Shown in pieces: positions 26,758-36,969 of a stretch of 64,000 nucleotides of DNA. Under the pieces are notes generated by a model. It saw only the letters and a list, made by a program, of their open reading frames with translations. It was not told the DNA's origin and did not search any database. A program made the position numbers and the translations under genes. The stretch is from a virus, in the IMG/VR virus record IMGVR_UViG_3300045988_105796; one strand, 5' to 3'. Positions within the stretch are counted from its first letter, which is position 1. Each line of letters begins with the position of its first letter.

Positions 26758-28200
26758 TCAGACAGAAGCCTTTTTTCTAATATATCTTAATGTAATTGCT
26801 GGAGGCAATTTAGATAATACCAAGTAATCATTTGGAGTTTCAGAATTATAATCAGATTTTTCGGTTAAATTAGCTGAAGTAATTACTGTACCTTTTTGTA
26901 TACCTCTCACTGGGTTATAAGCTATATCTAAGGCCTCACCATTAATATTTTGATTCCTATCTATATAGTTACAAGGCATCAGACTATAAACCTTCATATC
27001 ATTATCTTGTCTACCAGCTGCTAATCCTACACCATGATAATGTTTTGGCAGATCCTTACCATTGATTTTTATAGACCAGGTACCATAAGTTTCATCTGGG
27101 TTATATATAGAACCTACTGTAGTAAGTTCCTGAGTATTACCTAATGGGGTATCTATTCTAATACCTCCTTCTGTATATCCTACTACTATACGACCCTTAG
27201 CCTTAGAATACTCTTCCCAACCAACGGGTATATTTTCACCTTCAAATAGTATGATAGAACCTGGGGCTAATATTGCTCCATCTATCAAAGTTTTTATACC
27301 TTTAATTTTCTGATTTACTAAATATTCTACATATTCAGCCAAACTCTTAAAGGGTTTACCAGAATCATTTAGTTGACTGTCTACTTCTGAATAACCTACG
27401 AAATTCTCTAATCTTTGTATAGATTCTGTAAGATAACTATGTATTCTCTGGTTATAGTTTACAGTAGAAGGAAACTTACCCAGGTATGGTATAAGAGCAA
27501 AGTTTTCTTTCTTGTTATTGTCTAAAGAATTAAATCCTTCTCCATATACTCCTAAGAACACCATATTTTTCTGGTTCTTACGATAAGTTTCGCAAATAGA
27601 TTCTACCTTATCGATTAAACCCTTATAAGTGATTTTACCATTATAAGCAGGGTCATTATCTTTTGCAATGGTAGCTTTTCTTAAATCTCTAGCAATAGGA
27701 TAGTAATTATCTAAAGATTTTTTATATAAGTCATAAAAATTAAAACTAGAGCTATTCCAAAATGCCCTGATGATAGGTTGGTTCTGTACTGCCTCTTCTA
27801 CATAATTGTGTTCTGCAAATAATAGAACCTCTTTAGTTTCTCTACTATTAACTCCTTCAATCTCTAAATGTAAAACTTGATCTCCGGATCTATAGAGTAT
27901 ACCATCCTTATTAATGAAACAGAAGTTAACATTGTAATCAGAAGGATCTGCATCTTCTCTACATGAAAGGCGATGACTGAATATAGTATCTCTTATCTGA
28001 TATCTTAGAGGATCATAAGAATCTGTATTTGCAGATCCTTCATCTCCATATCCATAAGGATAGATATCTAAACTACTACCATTAATAGTAGCAGAACCAA
28101 ATCCACAAATAGGACCTGGTCCTGGTATAAGACCTATGGCTTCTGATATCTCTTTAGAAGAGATTCTACTACCATAATTAAAATACACTTTGTTGTTCAT
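26758..28200 (-). CDS. Tail fibre protein with tail-collar-like C-terminal domain
   Basis: GSIILFEGENIPVGWEEYSKAKGRIVVGY ... LPKHYHG fits the phage tail-collar pattern iG.I..f.g...P.GW. Last gene of the tail module. Confidence 0.6.
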   Translation of the reverse strand: MNNKVYFNYGSRISSKEISEAIGLIPGPGPICGFGSATINGSSLDIYPYGYGDEGSANTDSYDPLRYQIRDTIFSHRLSCREDADPSDYNVNFCFINKDGILYRSGDQVLHLEIEGVNSRETKEVLLFAEHNYVEEAVQNQPIIRAFWNSSSFNFYDLYKKSLDNYYPIARDLRKATIAKDNDPAYNGKITYKGLIDKVESICETYRKNQKNMVFLGVYGEGFNSLDNNKKENFALIPYLGKFPSTVNYNQRIHSYLTESIQRLENFVGYSEVDSQLNDSGKPFKSLAEYVEYLVNQKIKGIKTLIDGAILAPGSIILFEGENIPVGWEEYSKAKGRIVVGYTEGGIRIDTPLGNTQELTTVGSIYNPDETYGTWSIKINGKDLPKHYHGVGLAAGRQDNDMKVYSLMPCNYIDRNQNINGEALDIAYNPVRGIQKGTVITSANLTEKSDYNSETPNDYLVLSKLPPAITLRYIRKKASV

Positions 28201-28202
28201 AA

Positions 28203-28712
28203 TTATTTCTTTAATTTTTCAGTTTCTATCTGTTCTGCCATACTACTAAAGATGGACTGTAAACTCTTAAACCGCATAGTAATCAGTAAGATTAAGATCC
28301 TCCAGATACTTATCCGGTTTTTAACACCATGTAATACACATATATGACCGTATATGGAATCTATTTCAAAGCCATAGCATAGTACCATAACTATAGAAGC
28401 TATTATCATAGGGTTAAAGCCAAAGGGAGAACCCAAAGCTTTACCTAAAAAAGCTCCCATTAGTATATACAATATATAATCTATGAACTTATTGATAGTT
28501 CTCCTACAGGCTCTAGATTTCCTAATAGGAATACCCAGGTATTTACTCTCTCTTGTACCAAACCAAAAGTCTCCTATAACTAACACGAAAGCCAGTAATA
28601 TCATCCATCTGAAGTCATATAATAAGTTGATGAATTCTAACCCCATTGGAAAGGTTATTACTCTACGACCAGTGTCAGAATTTATGAATCCTGATATTTC
28701 TCTATTGACCAT
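28203..28712 (-). CDS. Multi-pass membrane protein, holin-like (Phage_holin_4-like pattern)
   Basis: At least 4 hydrophobic segments. VIGDFWFGTRES...IRKSRACRRTINKFIDYILYIL resembles the holin family 4 D..TG...S..K pattern. Located between the gpI-like and fibre genes. Confidence 0.35.
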   Translation of the reverse strand: MVNREISGFINSDTGRRVITFPMGLEFINLLYDFRWMILLAFVLVIGDFWFGTRESKYLGIPIRKSRACRRTINKFIDYILYILMGAFLGKALGSPFGFNPMIIASIVMVLCYGFEIDSIYGHICVLHGVKNRISIWRILILLITMRFKSLQSIFSSMAEQIETEKLKK

Positions 28713-31222
28713 GTTAAATTATCATTACCCATTGTATCAATTAATAAAGGTTTCTCAGACTTATCCAATAAACCAAACTCGTTAGTTACCCATGTTATGT
28801 AAGGAGGTAATATAGTTACATGTAACCAATTTAACTTAGCTACTAAAGTTCTACCATCCTTTAGATTAGCCTTAAAAGTAGTTACACCCTCTACAGTTAA
28901 TACCTTACCCAGATCTACCTTTTCAGTTATATTTTTACCATCCATACGAACAGTTTCCATAATAACCTCTTCACTAGAATCTTGTACGGTATTACCCTGA
29001 TCATCTACTAACCTTAGTATGAAAGGTTCCGTGACTGGACTACTTCTGGTAAAAGTAATACCAAAAGTATTAGCATCAGGCCTATTCTTACCCGTCCAAT
29101 AATCACTAGACTTCTTTCCTATTGGAGTAATCTCTAGATAACTTATATGAGGTTTAGTACTACGATTATCTATTACATACCATTTGAAAGAAGCTTCATC
29201 TGTGAATGGAGATTGAATATAGAATAATCCAGCTATATTAGTAGTGATCCTTAATCTAAATTTAGTAGAAGACCCTACATCTGGGATTCTATCTATTACA
29301 AAACCTTGTCCATCTACCTTAGGAGTTTCACCCTCTCTAGTGCCTATCTTATAAGTTTTACCATCTGGAGTAGTTACAATGTAAGATGAGTTATCTTGGT
29401 TATTTAGGAAATCTTGAGAGTATTTATTATTACCAACGTAAGCTAATACTAATCCAGTCTGGTTAGACTGATCATCGATATAATCTCTAGTATGTAAGTT
29501 CCAATATCTTATGAACTGTACCTGTATACTCTTATCGATTATTTCTAAAGAAGCTGATTTATTTAAGTCTGGATTACCTTGATCTACACTAAAAATGTAG
29601 TTATCCATAGATAATGGCTTCCAGGTATCTCCATTCTTTAAGTGAATGTTAGTACCTTTTATAGTAACCGTTAGATTATCTGGAACTGGTTGACTGTTCA
29701 ATGATTCAATATATATCTTTACCTGGGCATCCTTTAACAAATCTATCTGAGTATCCATTACTACTTTAGATAACTTATCTTCCAGTTTATCTATAGTAGT
29801 TTCACTAGGATGAGTATTACTGTAATAGGTTCTTTTTACATATTTATATCCTAATAATACTTTATATCCAGGCTTTCTGTTAGCAATTACTGCTTCTACA
29901 ATTTTAGAAGGATCCTCTTCTATATGAAATTTATAGGTTCCTCCTGCTGTGATATCCCAGGTAGTTATAAATTGATTAGTGCTTTGAGATTCCTTTATTT
30001 CTCCTGAAGCCTCGAAAACTACATGTACAGGTAACTTATTATTACCATCTACTTTATAAGCTTCTATTGGAACAGTTATAGGATTTTCTCCATCATATAC
30101 CTTACCATATTCTCCTATTTTAATAATGTAATAGGTAATGTTCTGATATTTATCATTAGAGATAATCAATGTAAAAGCTTCATTAGGATCATCTAAATAA
30201 AATCTATAAGTATTAGAAACTTTCTTAACCTCTCCTACATCAGAAGGCCTGTATACTGAATTTATATTTAGATATCTTTCTCCATAATATCTAGATTTTT
30301 CAGAAGTACCTTTTACATAATTAGGATCTTTATTAGGATCTTTACCTACAGTATATATCAAATCACCATACCAAGGAATATCTTTTACTTTCCTATTGTA
30401 ATTATCCAATAACTCAATCTTAACTCTTAAGTCTTCGTCAGGATCTAAAGATAAAGTAGTACCACTTTCTCTACGTACCCATTTACTACCATTGAAAGTA
30501 TAAACGTTGAAATGGTAAGAAGTTTCATCATAATTCTTACCATTCAATAGTAACTTAGATATTACGTTAAAAGGTAAGAACCTATCAATGAAATTTTTGA
30601 TAAATTTCCAAATCTTTTTCATATCTCCTAAGTTTTCGTTTATAGTTACATTAAACTCTACTATACCCTTGAAGGATAATACTTGCTGTTCATCTAAGTG
30701 AAGATCTTCATCGAAGGTACCCATATCATAATAGGGCCATATTTTTTTAGAAGGAACATTAGTACGAGGAATAGTACCATCCCTAAAATCATTAATCCAG
30801 TCAGGACTTATCTGTTTGATAGATACTAATTTAAGTTCATTTTCCTCGTTATTATATAACTTGAACAGTATTTGATAAAATTTCTCAGTTCCTCTTATCT
30901 TATATAAAGATATAGCATACCTCAGTATATCAAATTTTTGTTGCGGGTATAAGTTCAATATTGAAGATGAGATTGGTTTTATAAAAGGAAATTCTCCAAA
31001 CCAATACCAAATAAGATCTAGATAATAATAATCAGTATTTTCATCTACATTTAGGAGATTTTCTAGAGTATTATCAGTAGGTTCTTTAATATTTTCTAAG
31101 AAATAATTTCCACATATTTCTAAGAATTTCTCTAATATACCTTTCCCATCATTATCTTTGTAACTATCTGCCTCTTTATAATAAAAGGGCAGATAGTTTA
31201 TTAAATGTTTTAGGTCCATCAT
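28682..31222 (-). CDS. Baseplate/tail-fibre protein (gpI-like N-terminus, large C-terminal extension)
   Basis: Immediately follows the gpJ-like gene with a 4-nt overlap. The N-terminus LINYLPFYYKEADSYKDNDGKGILEKFLEICGNYF resembles P2 gpI-type tail proteins. Long beta-rich C-terminus. Confidence 0.5.
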   Translation of the reverse strand: MMDLKHLINYLPFYYKEADSYKDNDGKGILEKFLEICGNYFLENIKEPTDNTLENLLNVDENTDYYYLDLIWYWFGEFPFIKPISSSILNLYPQQKFDILRYAISLYKIRGTEKFYQILFKLYNNEENELKLVSIKQISPDWINDFRDGTIPRTNVPSKKIWPYYDMGTFDEDLHLDEQQVLSFKGIVEFNVTINENLGDMKKIWKFIKNFIDRFLPFNVISKLLLNGKNYDETSYHFNVYTFNGSKWVRRESGTTLSLDPDEDLRVKIELLDNYNRKVKDIPWYGDLIYTVGKDPNKDPNYVKGTSEKSRYYGERYLNINSVYRPSDVGEVKKVSNTYRFYLDDPNEAFTLIISNDKYQNITYYIIKIGEYGKVYDGENPITVPIEAYKVDGNNKLPVHVVFEASGEIKESQSTNQFITTWDITAGGTYKFHIEEDPSKIVEAVIANRKPGYKVLLGYKYVKRTYYSNTHPSETTIDKLEDKLSKVVMDTQIDLLKDAQVKIYIESLNSQPVPDNLTVTIKGTNIHLKNGDTWKPLSMDNYIFSVDQGNPDLNKSASLEIIDKSIQVQFIRYWNLHTRDYIDDQSNQTGLVLAYVGNNKYSQDFLNNQDNSSYIVTTPDGKTYKIGTREGETPKVDGQGFVIDRIPDVGSSTKFRLRITTNIAGLFYIQSPFTDEASFKWYVIDNRSTKPHISYLEITPIGKKSSDYWTGKNRPDANTFGITFTRSSPVTEPFILRLVDDQGNTVQDSSEEVIMETVRMDGKNITEKVDLGKVLTVEGVTTFKANLKDGRTLVAKLNWLHVTILPPYITWVTNEFGLLDKSEKPLLIDTMGNDNLTWSIEKYQDS

Positions 31223-32925
31223 ACAGTTTCATGTATTGAAGTTTTCAATAGAGTAGGATCATCAAATATAATTTGATTAAATCCTTCTTCATTATAATCT
31301 GAATTAATCGTAGGTATTATAATTTGATATCTACTACCAGGATTATAACTTCCTACGATAGCCATAGAGAATTTAACTCCATTGATGGTATCATCTATGA
31401 AGATATTGTTAGAGATCTCCTTATCAGTACTAAAACCTCCTTCAGAAGAACGGATGTTAAAAGTATTATTTTGCCCTATAGTTATAATATACTCAGTAGG
31501 AGATTTAACCTCTTCTATATCATTTATTTTAAGATCCAGCTGAGTGTCTCCGTTTATAATCTTTGGCCAAGGAGATACATAGAATTTAGTTATATGTAAA
31601 TAATCTACTGAAGGTAAATTATCTATCAAAGCATATATATCGGATATTCTAACACTACCTCCTAAATGAACATTATTACCAGAATATTTATCTAATAAAG
31701 CCTGTAATGTCTGTTGATATATCTGGCTATCTTTATATGAAGGTTTACCTGTAATATCTACTACCAAATGTATTTTAGATACTCCAGCTGGATATACTTT
31801 TATGGTATTAGCTAACATATTCTTACTAGCCAAAGTAGCAGATACCTTATCTAATAGAATATTAGAAACTGGAGTATTACCTTCTATAGGAGATATATAT
31901 ACATTTAGAGCTTTGCCTTGGATTTCCTCTAAAGCAGCTTCTTTTACACCTGGTACTAATCTAACTACATCTAATACATCGTTTCTAGTTACTAACATAT
32001 TCATAGTTCTAGCTTGCATAGCTGCATGAGATCTTAACATTTCGATATCTTCATAATCAAAACCATCTCCAGATGAATAAGGATTATTACATGTAGCACT
32101 AGGTACTAAACTACTTATTACAGAAGGTACGTTTACTATAGAGTTTTTAGTTATATTACCTGCAGAACCTTTGGTTATATAAAAGCTTAAGGTAATTTTC
32201 TGGTTAGGATCAGGTTTCTTACCAAACTTACCATCTCCAAATACAAGTATAGGATTATCAGCCTCATCAGAAGTAACCATAAAATGTTTATCTGTAGGAC
32301 TACTATAAGCAAAAGTTTCTACCTGAATCCAGTTATCTGTACCTAATTGTAATTGTACTCCATTGTGTTCAATCTTATTATCTCCAAGATTATTGTCTAA
32401 ACCTATTGGACCTGTTTTATATAGGCTACCGTTCAAAGATGAAGTAGTATACAATTCATGTTGGACCAAAGGTATTTTAATAGAAGCATTATTATTATCC
32501 CACTGAATATCTTTATCAGTCTGCCAATTGTTTCCTAAGGTATCTTTGAATACAGTACCTTTAGGTATTTTAATCTTAGCACCTGAGTTTGCTCCTTCTA
32601 AATCTCTAGTAACTATAACATCTACTGTAGCAGCATTAGCTAACCGAGGATGGTAATCTACCAATAGACTGTGTCTGACTACACTACTATATCTACGAGC
32701 TGTAGTCAAGAAGGTCTCTCTAGCCATATTATCTATGTAGTAGTGTAATACTTCAGCTATAGCTGCAAATAAAGAGATCAGGATAATAAAGATGTTACCC
32801 TCAGAAACATCTGTAATTAATTGTCTACCATCCTTATCCTTAAAACTCTGTAGAGCCTCTATCATATCTGCTCTGATATTCTGAAAGGATCTACTTAAAG
32901 GGTTTGTCCATTTGTTTGTTAACAT
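31219..32925 (-). CDS. Baseplate J-like protein (P2 gpJ / T4 gp6 family)
   Basis: Synteny gp25-like > J > I. Size 568 aa. N-terminal IRADMIEALQSF...GNIFIILISLFAAIAEVLHYYIDNMARETFLTTA is typical of Baseplate_J. Confidence 0.65.
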   Translation of the reverse strand: MLTNKWTNPLSRSFQNIRADMIEALQSFKDKDGRQLITDVSEGNIFIILISLFAAIAEVLHYYIDNMARETFLTTARRYSSVVRHSLLVDYHPRLANAATVDVIVTRDLEGANSGAKIKIPKGTVFKDTLGNNWQTDKDIQWDNNNASIKIPLVQHELYTTSSLNGSLYKTGPIGLDNNLGDNKIEHNGVQLQLGTDNWIQVETFAYSSPTDKHFMVTSDEADNPILVFGDGKFGKKPDPNQKITLSFYITKGSAGNITKNSIVNVPSVISSLVPSATCNNPYSSGDGFDYEDIEMLRSHAAMQARTMNMLVTRNDVLDVVRLVPGVKEAALEEIQGKALNVYISPIEGNTPVSNILLDKVSATLASKNMLANTIKVYPAGVSKIHLVVDITGKPSYKDSQIYQQTLQALLDKYSGNNVHLGGSVRISDIYALIDNLPSVDYLHITKFYVSPWPKIINGDTQLDLKINDIEEVKSPTEYIITIGQNNTFNIRSSEGGFSTDKEISNNIFIDDTINGVKFSMAIVGSYNPGSRYQIIIPTINSDYNEEGFNQIIFDDPTLLKTSIHETV

Positions 32926-32932
32926 ATTTATT

Positions 32933-33322
32933 TTAGTTTAAGTTATAATTTATTAATATGGAACTATCTGTATTGGTAGAGATTAAATGATACTCTATAT
33001 GTATAGCTAGCTTATAATCTTCTCTGACTGTAGTAATGTTATTTAGGGTTATCCTATTCTCATAACGTGATATAGCCTCGATTACAAATCTTTGTATCAT
33101 ATAATTTAGAGCTAAAGTATTTGGTTCTTCTAAACATTGAGTTAATCGGTTACCAAAATCTTCTTGTCTAAATCTAAACCCTACTTCATATAGTAAGATA
33201 GCTCTTAAATTTTCCTCTATTAACTTTGGATCCTCTACCTGGGGATACCATCCAGTTTCTCCTTTGGAGTTCTTCTCTAATTTTATAGGGAATAAAGCTC
33301 CGGTTCCTATGTTATTGTTCAT
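32933..33322 (-). CDS. Baseplate wedge protein gp25 / gpW-like
   Basis: GTGALFPIKLEKNSKGE...IEENLRAILLYEVGFRFRQEDFGNRL matches G.G..FP......e.i.qsi..iL.t..GeR.....fG..l. Confidence 0.7.
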   Translation of the reverse strand: MNNNIGTGALFPIKLEKNSKGETGWYPQVEDPKLIEENLRAILLYEVGFRFRQEDFGNRLTQCLEEPNTLALNYMIQRFVIEAISRYENRITLNNITTVREDYKLAIHIEYHLISTNTDSSILINYNLN

Positions 33323-34041
33323 TAGTGTAAAAAAGCTTTATCTGCATAATCTTCTTTATTAAAAGATGATATTGGTTTCGCTGCTTGATTAACTGTAGGA
33401 GATGAAGTATCTGGTCCAGCCTTTACTCCTGGGTGAGTATGGCTGTTATATTTATTTCTTAACTCTTCTACTTCTCTAACCAATTTATTTAATTTATCAG
33501 TTAGACTGTTTATACTAATCAATTCTTCTTTACCATGGTTTGCCTCTATGGTATCACTAGAGTTAAGAAATATTTTATTAGCACTAATTACTATACCATC
33601 TTCTTCACTTTTTGCTAGAATAGATAATCTAGTAGCTGCTTCTATATGTATCTCTCCTGTTCTGTCATTTATTAGTACTTTAGTACCCTTTGGAGTTACT
33701 ATACCTGATACATCTGGATCATCAAAATCTTCTGGTCTTTGGTTTTCTGCCCAACCATGATAGATCCATAGAGGATTACCTGGATTACCTTTTTCAAATA
33801 ATACGTATACTACATCATTCTTCTTAGGTAATGGGAATAATCTAAAACCACTGTTTGCTGAACCATGACTACCAAAAGGGATAGCCCAGGTCATCACGTT
33901 TACTTCAGGAACATATACTAATAACTGATCAGTATTAGAAGGATCATCTATATCAGTTACTATAGCCCTGTATATGGAGTAAAACCTACCTATAGATTCT
34001 ACTCCATTGTCTACTAATTGAGATATTAAGGAATCTGCCAT
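33322..34041 (-). CDS. Baseplate spike protein (gpV / gp5 OB-fold family)
   Basis: YRAIVTDIDDPSNTDQLLVYVPEV...NDVVYVLFEKGNPGNPLWI is typical of Phage_base_V. Synteny supports it. Confidence 0.6.
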   Translation of the reverse strand: MADSLISQLVDNGVESIGRFYSIYRAIVTDIDDPSNTDQLLVYVPEVNVMTWAIPFGSHGSANSGFRLFPLPKKNDVVYVLFEKGNPGNPLWIYHGWAENQRPEDFDDPDVSGIVTPKGTKVLINDRTGEIHIEAATRLSILAKSEEDGIVISANKIFLNSSDTIEANHGKEELISINSLTDKLNKLVREVEELRNKYNSHTHPGVKAGPDTSSPTVNQAAKPISSFNKEDYADKAFLH

Positions 34042-34045
34042 AATC

Positions 34046-36136
34046 TTATCTTTTCTTATTTTTGTTGTTTCTATTCATAGAATCAGAATAATTACGAGAG
34101 TGATATTTACCCTTTGGAATCTTATCCACAAAAATACCAAAGGTACCATTACTAACAGCTGTCATCTTACCCGTCTTCTTATCTACCTTTAGATAGGCCT
34201 GTTTCATATGAGGCATATTAGGGTATTTCTTATTGTTATAATGTCTGAGAGCTATGTAATTGGTATATTTAGCTTTCTCCTTAGGATCTGTAATCTTATC
34301 TCCGATAGCAGCTTCCTCAGCAGTCCAAGGTATATCTAAACAATCTTGCCATAATCTATTATCTGAGCCAGGTTTATAGCTTGGATGAGTATTAGCTGGA
34401 GATCTTGGATTAGTTCCCGTATTGCCTACTGGAGCTTTTCTAAAATCACTGGGCTTATTACCAACAGTAGCAGTAACTCTAGGCTTAACACTATCTACAG
34501 TACTCTTCTTAGTATCTAATATAGTATGAGTACCTTGGGCACTAGATTTAGTAACCTGTCTTTGTAACTCTATATCACATATATATCCTTGACCAAATTC
34601 AAGGTTATGAGTTACAGTTTTTATATACCAGATTCCGGAATATTTTTTACCTACATTATATAAACCTATTTGTTGTGATATTTCTAAATCAGGATTACCT
34701 ACTACTCTGATAGTAGCTACTAATTGTTTCTCTCTAGCTCCTTTACCCATATTGTGTAAAGCATTCTTTACACCGTTCATAGCTCTACTTAAATTCAAAG
34801 GACCTTTCTTAGGACCTCCTATTTTCCTGGGCATCATATCATGGATTAATTGAGAACCTGTAACATATACTGAATCTTTACCATATCCATAGTAAGTCAA
34901 ATATATGGTTCCCCTTATCTTTTTCATAACTCCATATCCTACTGGATTGATATTCATACCGTTCCTATCTGAGGCTGAATGTTCTAAGGTACTATCCTTT
35001 ACATCCCATACAACATTAGTCACCTGGTAACTTTGTACTCTACAGGAGTTATGTACTCTATTATACCATCTAGATGTAGTTTTTTTAACTAATTGATCCT
35101 TGTAAGCTTCTAAACTTCCTGGCATATTATAATCCTGAGTTCCAGTACTTAGGATTATATGATGTTCTCCCCAGAAAGTCTCTGAATTTTTAGCAGGTAT
35201 GTTAATCTTACTTGCCTTCTGAGTAGCTTCATTCAGGTAATACTGAGCTAATTGTTCTCCACCAGGAACATTAGCATATTGTAAATACATTTTATAGGAT
35301 AAATCTATAGTAGGATCTCTGTGTATCAATAATTGATATTGATCAGTTCTACTGGTATTACCATAAGCCCTGTTAGCTCTATCTTGTTTTTCTTTTTTAA
35401 TTTGAGCAGGAGTTTTCTTATCATACTCCTTTCTCTTCTTCTTAGCATCCCAAGTAGCTTCTCTCCACCTATTTTCCACTTCCATTTTATTTTTTAGAAA
35501 GTTCCAATAGGAATTAGTATAACCATTATTCAACATGGTTTTTTCTATAGTATCGGTAGGTTCAATGATATGACCATTCTCTATCCTAAGGTTACCATAG
35601 GTACCATCTGCCAAACCTCTAGTTGGTAAGTTTATATCCTCCTGAGGTAACTCATAGTTAGTAATAGCTTCTCCTACTTGAGTTAAAGCTTTATCCAGGG
35701 CATTAACTACTGCTCCTAAACCAGCGAAAGGTTTGTATATCTCCTGTATAGTAAAAGAAGCAGATAAGAGTTCTCCATTCTCTCTCTGATAGGTATAGTT
35801 ATGTACAGTTCCTCTGGTATACTTTCTATTGTGAATATGTATGATTCCATCTCTAGAATCTATATACCATGGTCCATCCTTAAAAGCAGTAAATTTTTTC
35901 TTTAACTGTACCAATACATTATTACCTGCAGTACCTAAAGTACTCTCTAAAATCTCTCTCAGAGATTCATCTGTAACACTAACCTCATTTACGCCAGAAT
36001 ACCGGTTAGCAAAGAGTATAGTACTTTTTGCAACCGGTTCATCTTTTAAGGTATAAGGTTGTATACTTTCGTAAGCTTGATTGCTTATTACTTTTTTAGT
36101 AGTATCTGAATTAGCCATCTTATTCAAACTTTTCAA
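34046..36136 (-). CDS. Baseplate hub protein (gpD / Mu gp44-like) with long C-terminal extension
   Basis: SGIWYIKTVTHNLEFGQGYICDIELQR matches the C-terminal signature of gpD-like hubs. About 165 further residues follow. Synteny upstream of the spike. Confidence 0.5.
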   Translation of the reverse strand: MKSLNKMANSDTTKKVISNQAYESIQPYTLKDEPVAKSTILFANRYSGVNEVSVTDESLREILESTLGTAGNNVLVQLKKKFTAFKDGPWYIDSRDGIIHIHNRKYTRGTVHNYTYQRENGELLSASFTIQEIYKPFAGLGAVVNALDKALTQVGEAITNYELPQEDINLPTRGLADGTYGNLRIENGHIIEPTDTIEKTMLNNGYTNSYWNFLKNKMEVENRWREATWDAKKKRKEYDKKTPAQIKKEKQDRANRAYGNTSRTDQYQLLIHRDPTIDLSYKMYLQYANVPGGEQLAQYYLNEATQKASKINIPAKNSETFWGEHHIILSTGTQDYNMPGSLEAYKDQLVKKTTSRWYNRVHNSCRVQSYQVTNVVWDVKDSTLEHSASDRNGMNINPVGYGVMKKIRGTIYLTYYGYGKDSVYVTGSQLIHDMMPRKIGGPKKGPLNLSRAMNGVKNALHNMGKGAREKQLVATIRVVGNPDLEISQQIGLYNVGKKYSGIWYIKTVTHNLEFGQGYICDIELQRQVTKSSAQGTHTILDTKKSTVDSVKPRVTATVGNKPSDFRKAPVGNTGTNPRSPANTHPSYKPGSDNRLWQDCLDIPWTAEEAAIGDKITDPKEKAKYTNYIALRHYNNKKYPNMPHMKQAYLKVDKKTGKMTAVSNGTFGIFVDKIPKGKYHSRNYSDSMNRNNKNKKR

Positions 36137-36710
36137 TGATTATACCTACCTCGTTATTAAATCCACTTTCCATATATTTTAATAGGGTATGATCTTCTCC
36201 AGCAGGTCTAAAAGGTACAGAATGTCTTAAATCAGTAACTGAATCCTTGACTGAAAGTACTGCGTGAGTACCGGTTTCATCAAATGATTGATTTACTTCG
36301 ACTATCTTTAACCTTCTAGGTTTAGAAGACCTTACTTCTCCAGTAGGGAATATATAACCATACTGTACTATGATAGAATCTCCAGGCTGTATATCTGATA
36401 TATCTACTGTATCAGGATCTCCAGTATCTATTTGTATACTACCATAATCTTCTTTACCTTCGCTCATCTTTAATTGGAAAGAGGTTATATAAGCTCCTAA
36501 GGGTATCTGTGTTATAGGATTAACTAAAGCTCCTCCAGTTTGATCAAAGAAAGCTATGTAAGGTTCTGCCATACCCTCAAATAAATGAGGAAGGTCTGAC
36601 TTACCTTCTTTAGCCTTATTTACCTGATCTTCCTTCTTAACATCTGAAGGAGCTTTTACATCCTTTTTAGAAGGAACAGGCTTTTTATTTACTACTTTAG
36701 CTTTAACCAT
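36120..36710 (-). CDS. Tail/baseplate-associated hypothetical protein
   Basis: ORF track; lies between the LysM protein and the hub. Confidence 0.45.
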   Translation of the reverse strand: MVKAKVVNKKPVPSKKDVKAPSDVKKEDQVNKAKEGKSDLPHLFEGMAEPYIAFFDQTGGALVNPITQIPLGAYITSFQLKMSEGKEDYGSIQIDTGDPDTVDISDIQPGDSIIVQYGYIFPTGEVRSSKPRRLKIVEVNQSFDETGTHAVLSVKDSVTDLRHSVPFRPAGEDHTLLKYMESGFNNEVGIIIEKFE

Positions 36711-36711
36711 G

Positions 36712-36969
36712 TTACATAGGTATTATTAATAAATTTCCTATACTTAAATCAAAGGGATCTATTATCCCATTATAATCAGCGATATCTGACCATCTAGAGG
36801 AGTTTCCATAATATTTATTAGAAATACTTTGGAGAGTTTCACCTTCTACTACTATGTGTTGTATACCACTAGAAGTAAAATCTATATCCTCAGATCTTTC
36901 TAAACTATAATCTCCTTCTAGATAGTCTAGCTGATAAGCTCGAGTGTTATCATAAGGTCCTTCTATCAT
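36712..36969 (-). CDS. LysM-domain tail protein (P2 gpX-like)
   Basis: HIVVEGETLQSISNKYYGNSSRWSDIADYNGIIDPFDLSIGNLLIIP is a canonical LysM motif. Size and position match gpX. Confidence 0.7.
   Translation of the reverse strand: MIEGPYDNTRAYQLDYLEGDYSLERSEDIDFTSSGIQHIVVEGETLQSISNKYYGNSSRWSDIADYNGIIDPFDLSIGNLLIIPM

Noticed and set aside
2668-36056. Other short plus-strand ORFs nested in minus-strand genes (2668, 3817, 5065, 13472, 16451, 20022, 22237, 25212, 28483, 31324, 31802, 33548, 35841)
   Set aside because: Each lies mostly or wholly within a longer opposite-strand ORF with recognisable motifs or synteny (20022, 22237 and 28483 spill into the adjacent gap or gene). Their products are hydrophobic low-complexity artefacts with no promoter or terminator context.
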